Positions 19,134 through 28,452 of a DNA stretch of 64,000 nucleotides are shown piece by piece (position 1 is the first letter of the stretch; each line of letters starts with the position of its first letter). Below the pieces are notes generated by a model. The model worked only from the letters and a program-made list of their open reading frames with translations. It had not been told where the DNA came from and searched no databases. The stretch is taken from assembly GCA_934661375.1 (NCBI GenBank), contig CAKUJH010000004.1, positions 45,968-109,967 on the forward strand, given 5' to 3'. The position numbers were made by a program, and so were the translations under genes. The stretch comes from an uncultured Victivallales bacterium (GTDB taxonomy: Bacteria; Verrucomicrobiota; Lentisphaeria; Victivallales; UBA1829).

Positions 19134-20798
19134 TCAAAAGAATGTATTGTTTTCCCGTATGACCGCTTTGCAGTGCCTGAAAACCGCCCAGGGCGAATCC
19201 TTTTCCGCGAACGAATACGTTGTTTCTGTCGGCGGATCAAACGGATAGGTGCGGTCCTCTTCGAAGGAATTGTTCCGCAGAACAGCCCGGCTGACGGACA
19301 GCATCAGTATCTGCGGACGTCTGGCGGAGCGGAAACGGTTGTTCATCAGCCGGATCTCTCCATGATAGAAGAAACCTTCTTCCAGTTTTTCCAGTTCCGG
19401 GAAAACTGCGACCTGCTCTCTGGTGGAACTGTATTTCCGGTAACAGCAGTTGTCGAAGAAATTGTTTTCCAGAACCATTTCCCCGACAGGTCCGGCTTCA
19501 TACCAGAATCCGGTGTCTCCCGCGACAAAGACCGCAGCTCCAGACGTATGGAATGTACAGCCGGAAATGACAGCTTTCTTCACGCCGGAAACCAGTGCGC
19601 CTCTGCCGCACAGCGGACGGAAAGTACAGCGGCGGATCAGCAGTTCCGCGGAGGCACTTTCCAGAACCCGCGCACAGTCCCCCGGTTTCCATTCCGGAGG
19701 CAGCTCCTCTTCCGGAACCACCAGCGTGATGCTTTTGTTCAGCAGACGCGCTTCCTTGAGTTTTATTCGGGCATAAGGTTTCCCCGTATCATTCTTGACC
19801 AGTTCCAGCGTATCGCCGGGAAACGCCCCCGGCAGTCCCTGCTGCTGGAAGTGGCCGCTGTCCAGATAATAGAACCTGCCGCCCGGAATGCGCATTTTCA
19901 GCGGACGGTATATCCCGTGAGCATTGAATGAATCATCCAGAGTTCCGGTCAGAATGCAGTCTTCCAGCGAAAGTTTTCCGCGGCATTCCGAAAAATGAAC
20001 GGCGTCATCGGAGACGGATGCCCGACGTCCGCGCGGAATGACTCTGACATTTTTCAGCGAGACATTCCGGCAGAGCTGTGCCAGCACTCCCATTCCGGCT
20101 GCATGATGAATGGTAATATCCTCCAGCTGAACATCCTGGCAGCGGTCGAAGACCAATCCCGGACAGAGCCGCGCTTCATGCCGGATTACCAGAGCGTCGG
20201 ACAGAATTCGGTCCGACAGATCCGGTATTCCGATCAGACCGTCCCGTTCCAGCAGTCCGCGGTTCGGAATTTGAACACCCCGGTCATTCCAGACCAGTTC
20301 CTGTTTTTCCGGGTCGAAAGAGCTGATGACGAGCTGACCGGAAAGATTGTCGCAGAAATCTTCGGAAAAATGCAGCCTGCCGTTTTCGAAACGGTGTTTT
20401 CCGCCGATTTTCAGCCAGCAGAGCTTTCCGTCACGGCGGACGACGTCGGCGTCGGACACAAAGGAATCTTCAAAATCAACGGTGATCCCCCGGATGGAAA
20501 GGCGGGTGCAGTTTTCCGCCGCCAGCGGGGAAATCCGCCCGTGAAAACAGAATTCCGTCCGCTCGCCGGAGATCCGGAAATCTTTCCGGTCCCGCAGATC
20601 CAGGGCGATGGTTTTGATTCCTTCGTCATTATTGGAGAACCAGCAGTAACGCCGACTGCAGTTTTCCGGAAAGAATTCATATCGTCCGGGCTGGAAACAG
20701 ATTTCAGAGTCTCCGGTTTTTTCAGCCTGCGCCAGAGCCTGCTGCCACAGGACTGCGGCATTGTGTCCGGGAACTGGCGGCGGAACTTTGATGCTCAT
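19134..20798 (-). CDS. Right-handed beta-helix glycosidase-like protein (possibly GH110-like)
   Basis: The ATG at 20798 overlaps the upstream stop as ATGA. The N-terminal pattern ICFQPGRYEFFPEN...CWFSNND...IALDL...FRISGE.TEFCFHGRISPL...ITVDFE resembles GH110-type alpha-galactosidases as I recall them. No signal peptide is evident. Confidence 0.55.
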   Translation of the reverse strand: MSIKVPPPVPGHNAAVLWQQALAQAEKTGDSEICFQPGRYEFFPENCSRRYCWFSNNDEGIKTIALDLRDRKDFRISGERTEFCFHGRISPLAAENCTRLSIRGITVDFEDSFVSDADVVRRDGKLCWLKIGGKHRFENGRLHFSEDFCDNLSGQLVISSFDPEKQELVWNDRGVQIPNRGLLERDGLIGIPDLSDRILSDALVIRHEARLCPGLVFDRCQDVQLEDITIHHAAGMGVLAQLCRNVSLKNVRVIPRGRRASVSDDAVHFSECRGKLSLEDCILTGTLDDSFNAHGIYRPLKMRIPGGRFYYLDSGHFQQQGLPGAFPGDTLELVKNDTGKPYARIKLKEARLLNKSITLVVPEEELPPEWKPGDCARVLESASAELLIRRCTFRPLCGRGALVSGVKKAVISGCTFHTSGAAVFVAGDTGFWYEAGPVGEMVLENNFFDNCCYRKYSSTREQVAVFPELEKLEEGFFYHGEIRLMNNRFRSARRPQILMLSVSRAVLRNNSFEEDRTYPFDPPTETTYSFAEKDSPWAVFRHCKAVIRENNTFF

Positions 20799-23632
20799 TT
20801 GCGTTTTTCCCCTTCCTGTCCGGATAACTGCAGTACTGCACATTCCTTATGTTTCAGGAAACAGCTGAAAGTGCCGTCCTGATTCTGCGTGATCTTCTGT
20901 CCGGTCAGAGCCGTAGCGGAGACGCCGGGAGGAAGCTGGATAGAGCGTGTGCCGCTGCCGGCGGCTGCTCCGATGACCAGCAGGTTTGCGCCGGCAATGC
21001 AGAGATCATTGGTTGCGAGGAAAGGTTTTATGCCGGCTTCGGACGCAACGTTGCGGAGCAGTTCCGGAGTCAGCATATTGGGTTGTCCCAGAATTAATTC
21101 CGTGAATCCATTATGGCGGAGAACTGCTGCCGCACATTTGCCGCTGCCGGAATAGAAGGCGAGTTTTTTCCCGCCGTCCCCCAGAATTTCCCAGGAAGCG
21201 GCATACGGCGGCAGCGAGAACAGGGGACCGACGCCATTCAGCAGCGGATCCGTGTTTTCAGCCGCGGCGATGGCGGGAATCCGGTCCGCCGTTTTGCGGA
21301 AACGGACATCTCCGATTTGCAGGGCTGATTCCGGAGCGGAGAGAAAACCGGGGATGCCTGCCCAGACGATGATTCTGCCGTTTTTCCCGAATTTGTCCCG
21401 GATTTCCGTAATGCGCTGCCGGGAAAAAGTTTCTCCGCCCAGGATCAGCAGGATTTTCGGCGGCTGGAACTCCGGGTGCGAAAGATCCTGCGGCAGATAA
21501 AGGTCGAAGCGGATGCCGCTGCGCCAGAGCGACTGTACCGGATTGTAGCGGAAATTCCGGGTCCAGTCGAAATACGGAGATATTTTATTGGTGAAGAAAC
21601 AATGGGCGCGGTCATCGGCAATGCAGGCAATACGGTCCGCGGAAAGCGGTCTGCCGTGGGCGGCGTCCGCAATCCGGACAGCATCCGCCCATGCCGACAC
21701 TGCTTTGGGGGAATCGTACCAGCCGGATGCCAGCAGATAGGTATGGAAGCTGCCGCCCCACGCCATGGCATATCCGGTGTAGAGCCGGATGAAATTCCGG
21801 AAAGTTTCATGATTGTGAACCGCCTGCCAGTTGGCGGCTTTGACTCCCGGATAAACCAGCGGAGGCAATTCCGGATTCCGGATATCCATTTCGGCAATTG
21901 CCAGTTTCCGGTTCAGCACCATGGAGCCGTTGTAGGATTGCAGCCCCAGCGGCATGTCGCAGTCGTCCCGGTTGCGGTGATACGTCGGCAGCCAGATCAT
22001 GAAATCCGTTACTTTGTCACGCAGCATCTGTTCCTGATATTCCGTCAGGTCAACCAGATGTGTTCCGTAAATCAGGGAATTTGCCACATCATACCCTCCG
22101 ACCAGCAGACGTCCGCCGGAACCTTGCTTGATGCCCTGCCGCATTGCCGTTTTATATTGATACAGTTCGTCCGCAACAAACAGCTTGTAATCGCTTTCGC
22201 GTGTGGCGTGTCCGGCGTTTGCCAGAAAAAGACGGTCCGGCGACAACTCATCCATGGTTGGAATCCGGACCGAATCAAAACGGATGTCTTTGGTCTGCCA
22301 AACCCTGTTCAGTTCTTTTTCCGAACCGTATTTTTTGCGCAGATAATCCTGAAACATCCGGGTTGCCAGCGGAGTCCGTTCCGGGGTGCGCGGCGCGCGG
22401 TATTGTCCGTCGCAGCCGCCGACTACATAGGCTCCGATGACCGCTTTGGCGGCGTCTGTTTTTTCAAAGCGGCGGAAGATTTCTTCCAGCACAGCGGAAA
22501 TATCCGCGCGGAATTTTCTGGAATGATGCGAAGGGTAGGCGCTCTTGCCGCGTTCTTCCGGAATGTTTCCGGAAAATTTGCCCCGCAGTTTATAGCCTTC
22601 CAGAACAGCAAACTCTCCGGCTTCGTTTTTCATCAGTTCCGCCGGGTTTTCCTTCTGCCATTTCAAGTTTGGAGAAACCGAGACACTGAGGATGATTAAG
22701 GCATCCGGAGCTTCCCGCAGCACGGAATAGACCGCCTGTTCCATTACCTGAATGTCAAATGTGCCGTCATCCCGCCACACTTGCGCATGTTTGCTTCGCG
22801 AGGCGGCTCTTCCGATCAGGACGGGAACAGTGAATACGCGGTATCCCGCTTTGCGGAAGGATGAATCGCGGTCGACTGAACCTAATCCCGTGTTGTTGTG
22901 CAGAATTGCCGGCACAATCCGCTGTCCGTCAACATACAGTTCAATGCGGTCGCCTTCTTTTTTCAGTTCCGGTCTGGCTGCGGTACGTGCTTTCAGCAGT
23001 TTTCCAATCATGTCATTGGAACAGCCTGGCGAAGGATGCTGCATCGGAGCCGGCTGCGGCGGTGTCTTTTCCCAGGGACGCGCCGATTCATCTGCGGTGC
23101 TGTATTCCACGGACTGCAATTCCAGGCTTTGCGCATTGCCGCGGAAAGAAATGAAAAATTCTACGGATACACTGTTCTGCGGCACTTTCCAGAAACTGAA
23201 ATAGTCCAGCTTTTCCTGTAAGGCGATAGGAGTATTGAATTCCCAGAGTTCCATCGGACGGTAGCCGCGGATATTGGAATGATCCAGCGGATACTGCGCG
23301 ACAGTTCTGCCCGACGCATCGGCAAACCGGAGATAGAAAACTCCTGCCGAACCGGTCCGGTGAGACAGTTTTTTCCATTGAACCCGCGCACGCAGCAGAG
23401 AGCCGGGCGTTACGGGTTCGCGCGGAATGAAACGCAGAACTCCATCCTTCCGCGGATTGCCGTTCCACTGAATCCGGATACCTGCTTCCCCTGTGCGGCA
23501 GACAATGTCCGGAGAGGATGTTTTCCAGTTTTCTGTACGGAATAGTTCCCGCTGTTCAATCGCGGCAGCGTCGATTTTCAACTGTGTCGCGAGCAGTCCG
23601 GCGAACAGAAGCAGAGATAAAAATTTATGCAT
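20795..23632 (-). CDS. Large secreted protein: an N-terminal beta-sandwich module plus a GH42-like/clan-A-like putative glycoside hydrolase region
   Basis: 945 aa. Signal peptide MHKFLSLLLFAGLLATQLKIDAAA. Its architecture parallels the 965-aa protein at 31584-34481. The family is not resolved. Confidence 0.5.
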   Translation of the reverse strand: MHKFLSLLLFAGLLATQLKIDAAAIEQRELFRTENWKTSSPDIVCRTGEAGIRIQWNGNPRKDGVLRFIPREPVTPGSLLRARVQWKKLSHRTGSAGVFYLRFADASGRTVAQYPLDHSNIRGYRPMELWEFNTPIALQEKLDYFSFWKVPQNSVSVEFFISFRGNAQSLELQSVEYSTADESARPWEKTPPQPAPMQHPSPGCSNDMIGKLLKARTAARPELKKEGDRIELYVDGQRIVPAILHNNTGLGSVDRDSSFRKAGYRVFTVPVLIGRAASRSKHAQVWRDDGTFDIQVMEQAVYSVLREAPDALIILSVSVSPNLKWQKENPAELMKNEAGEFAVLEGYKLRGKFSGNIPEERGKSAYPSHHSRKFRADISAVLEEIFRRFEKTDAAKAVIGAYVVGGCDGQYRAPRTPERTPLATRMFQDYLRKKYGSEKELNRVWQTKDIRFDSVRIPTMDELSPDRLFLANAGHATRESDYKLFVADELYQYKTAMRQGIKQGSGGRLLVGGYDVANSLIYGTHLVDLTEYQEQMLRDKVTDFMIWLPTYHRNRDDCDMPLGLQSYNGSMVLNRKLAIAEMDIRNPELPPLVYPGVKAANWQAVHNHETFRNFIRLYTGYAMAWGGSFHTYLLASGWYDSPKAVSAWADAVRIADAAHGRPLSADRIACIADDRAHCFFTNKISPYFDWTRNFRYNPVQSLWRSGIRFDLYLPQDLSHPEFQPPKILLILGGETFSRQRITEIRDKFGKNGRIIVWAGIPGFLSAPESALQIGDVRFRKTADRIPAIAAAENTDPLLNGVGPLFSLPPYAASWEILGDGGKKLAFYSGSGKCAAAVLRHNGFTELILGQPNMLTPELLRNVASEAGIKPFLATNDLCIAGANLLVIGAAAGSGTRSIQLPPGVSATALTGQKITQNQDGTFSCFLKHKECAVLQLSGQEGEKRK

Positions 23633-23645
23633 GAGAAAACCTCTT

Positions 23646-24422
23646 TTATTGTAACAGCGTGTAGTCTGGATCTTTTGTGGGAATCAGAACCCGTTTCATG
23701 ATCTCCCACGAGGAGGCGATCCGCGATATATTGGCGGAAGAAATCGAAACGACATGACCGTCCACGCAGATCACATTGCCGCGTCCTGTCACTGTCCGCT
23801 GTCCGCCGTTCACATCGTAAAAAGCCTTATAATTTCCTCCATGACGCGGAGCCAGAGTCTTCTGACTCATTATGGCGACGCCGCGCCAGGTTTTCGTGGA
23901 AGCATTTTCCATCCGGTTGTCTCCGGCAAGAATTTTCCCGCTTGGAGCTTTCACCTGCGGCAGTGCGTATGCGGCAAGTTCACTATTGTAACCGTAGGTG
24001 ATGAAATTGAATCTGCTTCGATCCGCCTGATCCGGTCTGCCCGGTTTGTCCACGCAGGTATCCCCGCTTCCTAAAATGGAACGTGTATGCGTACAGTCTG
24101 TGATGCCGCAGAAATAAATTTTGGGCGAATGAACATATTTCAGATCATACAGCAGCGCACTCCATGGGTAGGTGCTGGTATATTGCGACGGCACCATTCT
24201 TTCCCGGTTGTCATCAATATAGGAAAGAATGGATAAGCCCAGCTGCCGGATGTTGGATTTGCATCCTGCATCTTTGGCAGATTCTTTTGCCCGGTTCAGT
24301 GCGGGCAGCAGCATTGACGCCAGAATGGCAATGATAGCAATCACTACAAGGAGTTCTATCAGTGTGAACGGTAACGGTTTACGCTTCAAATATGAAATGG
24401 ATGAGAACATTTTTGAGGGCAT
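23646..24422 (-). CDS. Prepilin-type N-terminal cleavage/methylation domain protein (pseudopilin-like)
   Basis: [44 protein letters not shown], and C-terminal CVDGHVVS. I chose the ATG at 24422 (ggaagga RBS) over the track start at 24566. Confidence 0.85.
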   Translation of the reverse strand: MPSKMFSSISYLKRKPLPFTLIELLVVIAIIAILASMLLPALNRAKESAKDAGCKSNIRQLGLSILSYIDDNRERMVPSQYTSTYPWSALLYDLKYVHSPKIYFCGITDCTHTRSILGSGDTCVDKPGRPDQADRSRFNFITYGYNSELAAYALPQVKAPSGKILAGDNRMENASTKTWRGVAIMSQKTLAPRHGGNYKAFYDVNGGQRTVTGRGNVICVDGHVVSISSANISRIASSWEIMKRVLIPTKDPDYTLLQ

Positions 24423-24577
24423 AACTACATTTCCTTCCGCAATTTTGAAGTTGAATTGTTTTCTGCTGAATTCAGGAATCCGGCAGGAGCCGCTCCCGGT
24501 TTTGCGGCAGAGATCTTTTGAGAACCGGTTCATTTTCTGGCTGCACCTCGCTTTCTTTTTCGTCACAGTTTTGTTTT

Positions 24578-24874
24578 TTATTGATATTCGCTGCCGTGTC
24601 TGCCTTCTTCCGGTTCAAGGCGGCTCCATTCGATGCTGAACCGGTAGGCGCGGTGTCCGAGTTCCTTCAGCAGCCGCAGATCTTCATCAAACAGATTCCA
24701 GCTGTTGCAAGCCATTCCGGACGGTTCCCGGAATCCGGGAATGGTTCCTTCCTGTTCCATATGCCACCACTGGCTGTGGGTGTTGTTTCCTTCGATCTGG
24801 TACCCTGCACTGCCGCTGCCCCAGAGAAAGTTTTCCGGGAAAGTGAACGGGGGGATTTTATGAAGATTCAGCAT
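24578..24874 (-). pseudogene. N-terminal ~98-aa remnant of a GH1 beta-glucosidase
   Basis: FPENFLWGSGSAGYQIEGN...[37 protein letters not shown] is the canonical first ~95 residues of GH1 enzymes, which are ~450 aa. The frame then stops, and no GH1-like sequence follows in any frame. Confidence 0.75.
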
Positions 24875-24893
24875 AGAAGATTCTCCATTCTGG

Positions 24894-25949
24894 TTATTGT
24901 TTTTCCGGCATATTCAGCACCGGCGGCAGAAATACCGGTGTTGTTCCGTCTGTTTTTTCTCCCCGGATGGAATGGATCAGATACCGCACTGCGGTTTCTC
25001 CCAGTTCGGGAAGCGGCCATTGCAGACAAGGCAGTTCGGGGTACGCCGGGGCATCTTCCAGCGACGCCGGGAAAATACCGTCCTCAACTCCCCCCCATTC
25101 CAGCTCATATTGCCATAATCCGGCAAGCCGAGCGGAGTAACAGACAACTGCAGCGGGGTGCGCTCCGGCTTTTTTCCAGCGTCTCAGAAAAGCGGCAGCT
25201 TCACGCCGCAGCTTTGGGATATTGTCGGAAACAATGGTCTCCGGACGGTCTTCCGGCAGAATTTCCGCCGCTGCGCGGTACAGTGTTTCCTGGCGTTCCT
25301 GATAGCCCCGGTGTTCCAGCGAAATTGTACTGAACACCAGATGCCGGATTCCATATTCTTTTTTCATTCGGGAAAGCAGCATCCGGCATCCTGCGGCATA
25401 ATCCAGCCCGACATACGGAAACGGCGGAATGCTGGTCATCAGACGCAGTATTCCCTGACACGGGATGTTGTTTTCACGGAAAGTCGGGTACAGATTCCGC
25501 AGATAATGACAGCCGTAAAAAAGTATGCCGTCAAAATACGGATACCCCATTTTGTCCTTCAGACTGGCAATCATTTCCTGTTCATTGCTTTTCTGTGGCA
25601 GGATGCGGATGTCATAGCCGGCTTCAGCTGCTGCGGACACCACACCGGACAGTACGCGCGAAAATGCGTTGTCTCCCTGGAAATCATAGTACTGATTGGA
25701 GGGGAACAGCAGATCGTCCAGAATGAGATTGATGGTTTCGCTTTTTCCGCTTCGAATCCGGCGGGCGTGATAATTTCCCTGGAAACCGAGTTCCTGCGCA
25801 ATTCGGCGGATCTTCTGTGCTTTTTCTGCGGAAACCTGTCCGGCATCCTTGCCGCGCATCACCAGCGAAACCGCCTGGGAGGAAACCCCCGCGGATTGGG
25901 CTATTTCGCGAAGTGTCGCTGATTTTGAATTGTGAAGAATCTCTTTCAT
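24894..25949 (-). CDS. LacI-family transcriptional regulator
   Basis: HTH ATLREIAQSAGVSSQAVSLVMRGK...KIRRIAQELGFQGNYHARRIRSGKS, followed by a PBP1 domain. Confidence 0.85.
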   Translation of the reverse strand: MKEILHNSKSATLREIAQSAGVSSQAVSLVMRGKDAGQVSAEKAQKIRRIAQELGFQGNYHARRIRSGKSETINLILDDLLFPSNQYYDFQGDNAFSRVLSGVVSAAAEAGYDIRILPQKSNEQEMIASLKDKMGYPYFDGILFYGCHYLRNLYPTFRENNIPCQGILRLMTSIPPFPYVGLDYAAGCRMLLSRMKKEYGIRHLVFSTISLEHRGYQERQETLYRAAAEILPEDRPETIVSDNIPKLRREAAAFLRRWKKAGAHPAAVVCYSARLAGLWQYELEWGGVEDGIFPASLEDAPAYPELPCLQWPLPELGETAVRYLIHSIRGEKTDGTTPVFLPPVLNMPEKQ

Positions 25950-26045
25950 CAGTCTTTATGACCTTTATCGTTAAAGGTTTTCTGGGCTAACTATACAACA
26001 GCTTTCAGGTTTGTCAAGCGGTATTGTGAAAAAAAATTAAATTTT

Positions 26046-26351
26046 GACAATGACAGTCGCGTCCTCTCTGACAGCACTGCCAAAAGTCTGCAGCTGGTAA
26101 AAACAACAGCTGAAGTTCTGCTGATAGATGAGGTTTTTGTAGCCGGAGATGATGAGTTTCAAAAAAAGGCTGGCTTGCTTATTACCGAAAAGATCCAGTC
26201 GGGGATTACTGTTGTGATGGTTACGCATGATATGGGGGTGGTCAATCATCTCTGTACCAGGGTGATACAGATAGAACATGGTATTTCTCTTCCGGAATTG
26301 TCAGTGCAGAAAACAATTGAAAGATATTTACAGCAACACCGCATGTCATAA
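26046..26351 (+). pseudogene. C-terminal remnant of an ABC-transporter ATPase (Wzt/TagH-like polysaccharide exporter type). The 5' boundary is uncertain.
   Basis: By-eye translation gives ...AEVLLIDEVFVAGDDEFQKKAGLLITEKIQSGITVVMVTHDMGVVNHLCTRVIQIEHG...MS*, i.e. a Walker B and an H-loop. There is no Walker A, Q-loop or LSGGQ signature, and no start codon. Only ~100 nt separate it from the LacI gene start. Confidence 0.6.
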
Positions 26352-26422
26352 TCTGACTGGATTTTCCCGATGGAATGCACTTGGGTTGTACGCGGGACGT
26401 TTGCTCCGGCTGTCCGGTAAAA

Positions 26423-27289
26423 TTATGATTGTTTCTTTTCCGGCACAGAAAGCGTTGCTCCGGCACTGGCGACGACAATACAGAAAACTGCCAGCCATTG
26501 CAGTCCGGAAAGAATTTCTCCCAGAAAAATCAATCCGGAAAGTGCCGCGAATGCCGGCTGCAGACTTTGCAGTACACTGAAGGTTTTTGCCGGCAATTTG
26601 CGCATGGCGATCAGATCCAGAGAAAAGGGAAGGATGCTGGAAAACATGGCAACGCCGAATCCCAGCAGAAGCATTTTCCAATTCAGCAGAAGCAGGTCGC
26701 CGCTGAATATGCCGAACGGCAGAATCAGCAATGCCGCTACACACATGCCGCAGGAAACCGCATCGGAATTCCGGATTTTCCCGGTAATCCAGCTTGCAGA
26801 CAGAATGTAGCCAGCCCATAAAAGCCCCGCAACCGCCACAAACAGAATTCCAATCCAGTCCGATGTGCCGCTCTGCCACGGAACAATCAGCAGAACTCCC
26901 GCCGCCGCAAGGACAACCCAGATGAAATCAACGAGTCTCCGGGATGCCGCCAATGCCAGCCCCAGCGGTCCGATGAATTCAATGGTAACTCCAATGCCCA
27001 GCGGAATCCGCTGTATGCCGTAATAGAAAGTCAATCCCATTCCGCCCACGGAAATACCGTAGAACAGGATGCAGAGCCATTCTTTTCTGCCGAAGCTGAA
27101 GATGCGCGGCCGGTTGAAAAGTGCCAGGATCAGACCGGCAAGTCCGATACGGAGCGTGATCGCGCCCGCCGGTCCGATCAATGGAAACAGGTATTTGGCG
27201 ACAGAGGCTCCGCCCTGAATGCTGAACATGGAGGCGAGAATGGCGGCAACCGCCCATTTTTTGTTGAATGTCATAGCTGATCCTGTCAT
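26423..27289 (-). CDS. EamA/DMT-family transporter (RhtA-like threonine/homoserine exporter type)
   Basis: 288 aa, about 10 hydrophobic helices. The block ASVAKYLFPLIGPAGAITLRIGLAGLIL resembles RhtA. The ATG overlaps the upstream stop as ATGA. Confidence 0.75.
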   Translation of the reverse strand: MTGSAMTFNKKWAVAAILASMFSIQGGASVAKYLFPLIGPAGAITLRIGLAGLILALFNRPRIFSFGRKEWLCILFYGISVGGMGLTFYYGIQRIPLGIGVTIEFIGPLGLALAASRRLVDFIWVVLAAAGVLLIVPWQSGTSDWIGILFVAVAGLLWAGYILSASWITGKIRNSDAVSCGMCVAALLILPFGIFSGDLLLLNWKMLLLGFGVAMFSSILPFSLDLIAMRKLPAKTFSVLQSLQPAFAALSGLIFLGEILSGLQWLAVFCIVVASAGATLSVPEKKQS

Positions 27290-28452
27290 TCAAGGAATGC
27301 CGTGAACCGGCAGATCCGGTCCATCGCCTGCTGCAGCAGCGGTACATCCATGGTGAAGGCGATCCGGATGAAATTCCGGTAGGCATTGCCGCCGTATGCC
27401 GAAGCATGAACCGTTGCAACATGTTCCTTTTCCAGCAGAGAGAACACAAATTCCCGGTCGGAAAGCCCCGTTGCCGAAATGTCGACCAGCGCGTAAAATG
27501 TTGCCGGAATCGGACAGCACCGCAGATGCGGATTCCGGTTGAGTCCGGCATACAGGGCGTTGCGCCGTTTTTCAAATTCCTCCAGAATCGTCCGGGAACC
27601 GGACTGTTCACCGGTCAAAGCGGCAATGGCAGCATATTGTGCCGGAAGCGGTGCGCAGGCAACAACGTTTTCCTGCATTTTGGTCATAGCCGCGACAAAG
27701 CCAGCCGGAGCAATTGCCCAGCCGATACGCCAGCCGGTCATGGCGAACCGTTTGGACAGCCCGTTCACCACGATGGTGCGTTCCGACATTCCCGGCAGAT
27801 CCGCAATACTTGAACTTTTTTTCCCGTCATAGACCAGAGAATCGTAGATTTCATCGGAAAGAATATAGAAGCCGTGTTTTTCCGCCAATTCGGCAATTCT
27901 GACCAGCGTTTCCTTCGGAATCACAGCACCGCTGGGGTTGTTCGGCGAATTCAGAACCACCAGCCGCGTTTTCGGAGTAATCAGCCGGGCAAGATCATCC
28001 GCCTGCACTTCAAAATTGTCGTCCGGACGCGTGTAAAGAAAGACGGGTTTGGCTCCGAGCGAGCGGACCACCTGGGAATAATTGATCCAGTACGGACAAT
28101 GAATAATAACTTCATCGCCGGGTTCCAGCAGGGTGTACAGCGCAAGGAACGCCGCTTCCATTGCGCCCACCGTGCAGATGATTTCCTGTTCCGGGTCAAG
28201 ATTTCTGCCGTGCGATTTCAGGTAATCCGCGGCAATGGCGCACCGCAGATCAATCAGCCCGGCATTGGCGGAATAGCGGGTCTTTCCCGCCATGATTGCC
28301 CGGCAGGCGGCTTCCCGCACCGCCAGCGGAGGCGGCAGATCGGGATCCCCCAGAGTCAGGTCAATCACATCGGATAAACGCGAAGCCCGGTCGAAGATTT
28401 CGCGCGGCGGAGAGGGTTCAACACAGCGGACCCGTTCAGCGATTTCAATCAT
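27286..28452 (-). CDS. Class I/II pyridoxal-phosphate aminotransferase (AspC-like)
   Basis: LNSPNNPSG and the PLP-lysine block NGLSKRFAMTGWRIGW. Confidence 0.85.
   Translation of the reverse strand: MIEIAERVRCVEPSPPREIFDRASRLSDVIDLTLGDPDLPPPLAVREAACRAIMAGKTRYSANAGLIDLRCAIAADYLKSHGRNLDPEQEIICTVGAMEAAFLALYTLLEPGDEVIIHCPYWINYSQVVRSLGAKPVFLYTRPDDNFEVQADDLARLITPKTRLVVLNSPNNPSGAVIPKETLVRIAELAEKHGFYILSDEIYDSLVYDGKKSSSIADLPGMSERTIVVNGLSKRFAMTGWRIGWAIAPAGFVAAMTKMQENVVACAPLPAQYAAIAALTGEQSGSRTILEEFEKRRNALYAGLNRNPHLRCCPIPATFYALVDISATGLSDREFVFSLLEKEHVATVHASAYGGNAYRNFIRIAFTMDVPLLQQAMDRICRFTAFLE

Noticed and set aside
26037-26279. An 80-aa minus-strand ORF listed in the track.
   Set aside because: The plus strand of the same DNA translates to an unmistakable ABC ATPase Walker B/H-loop segment. 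The minus-strand ORF is its shadow.
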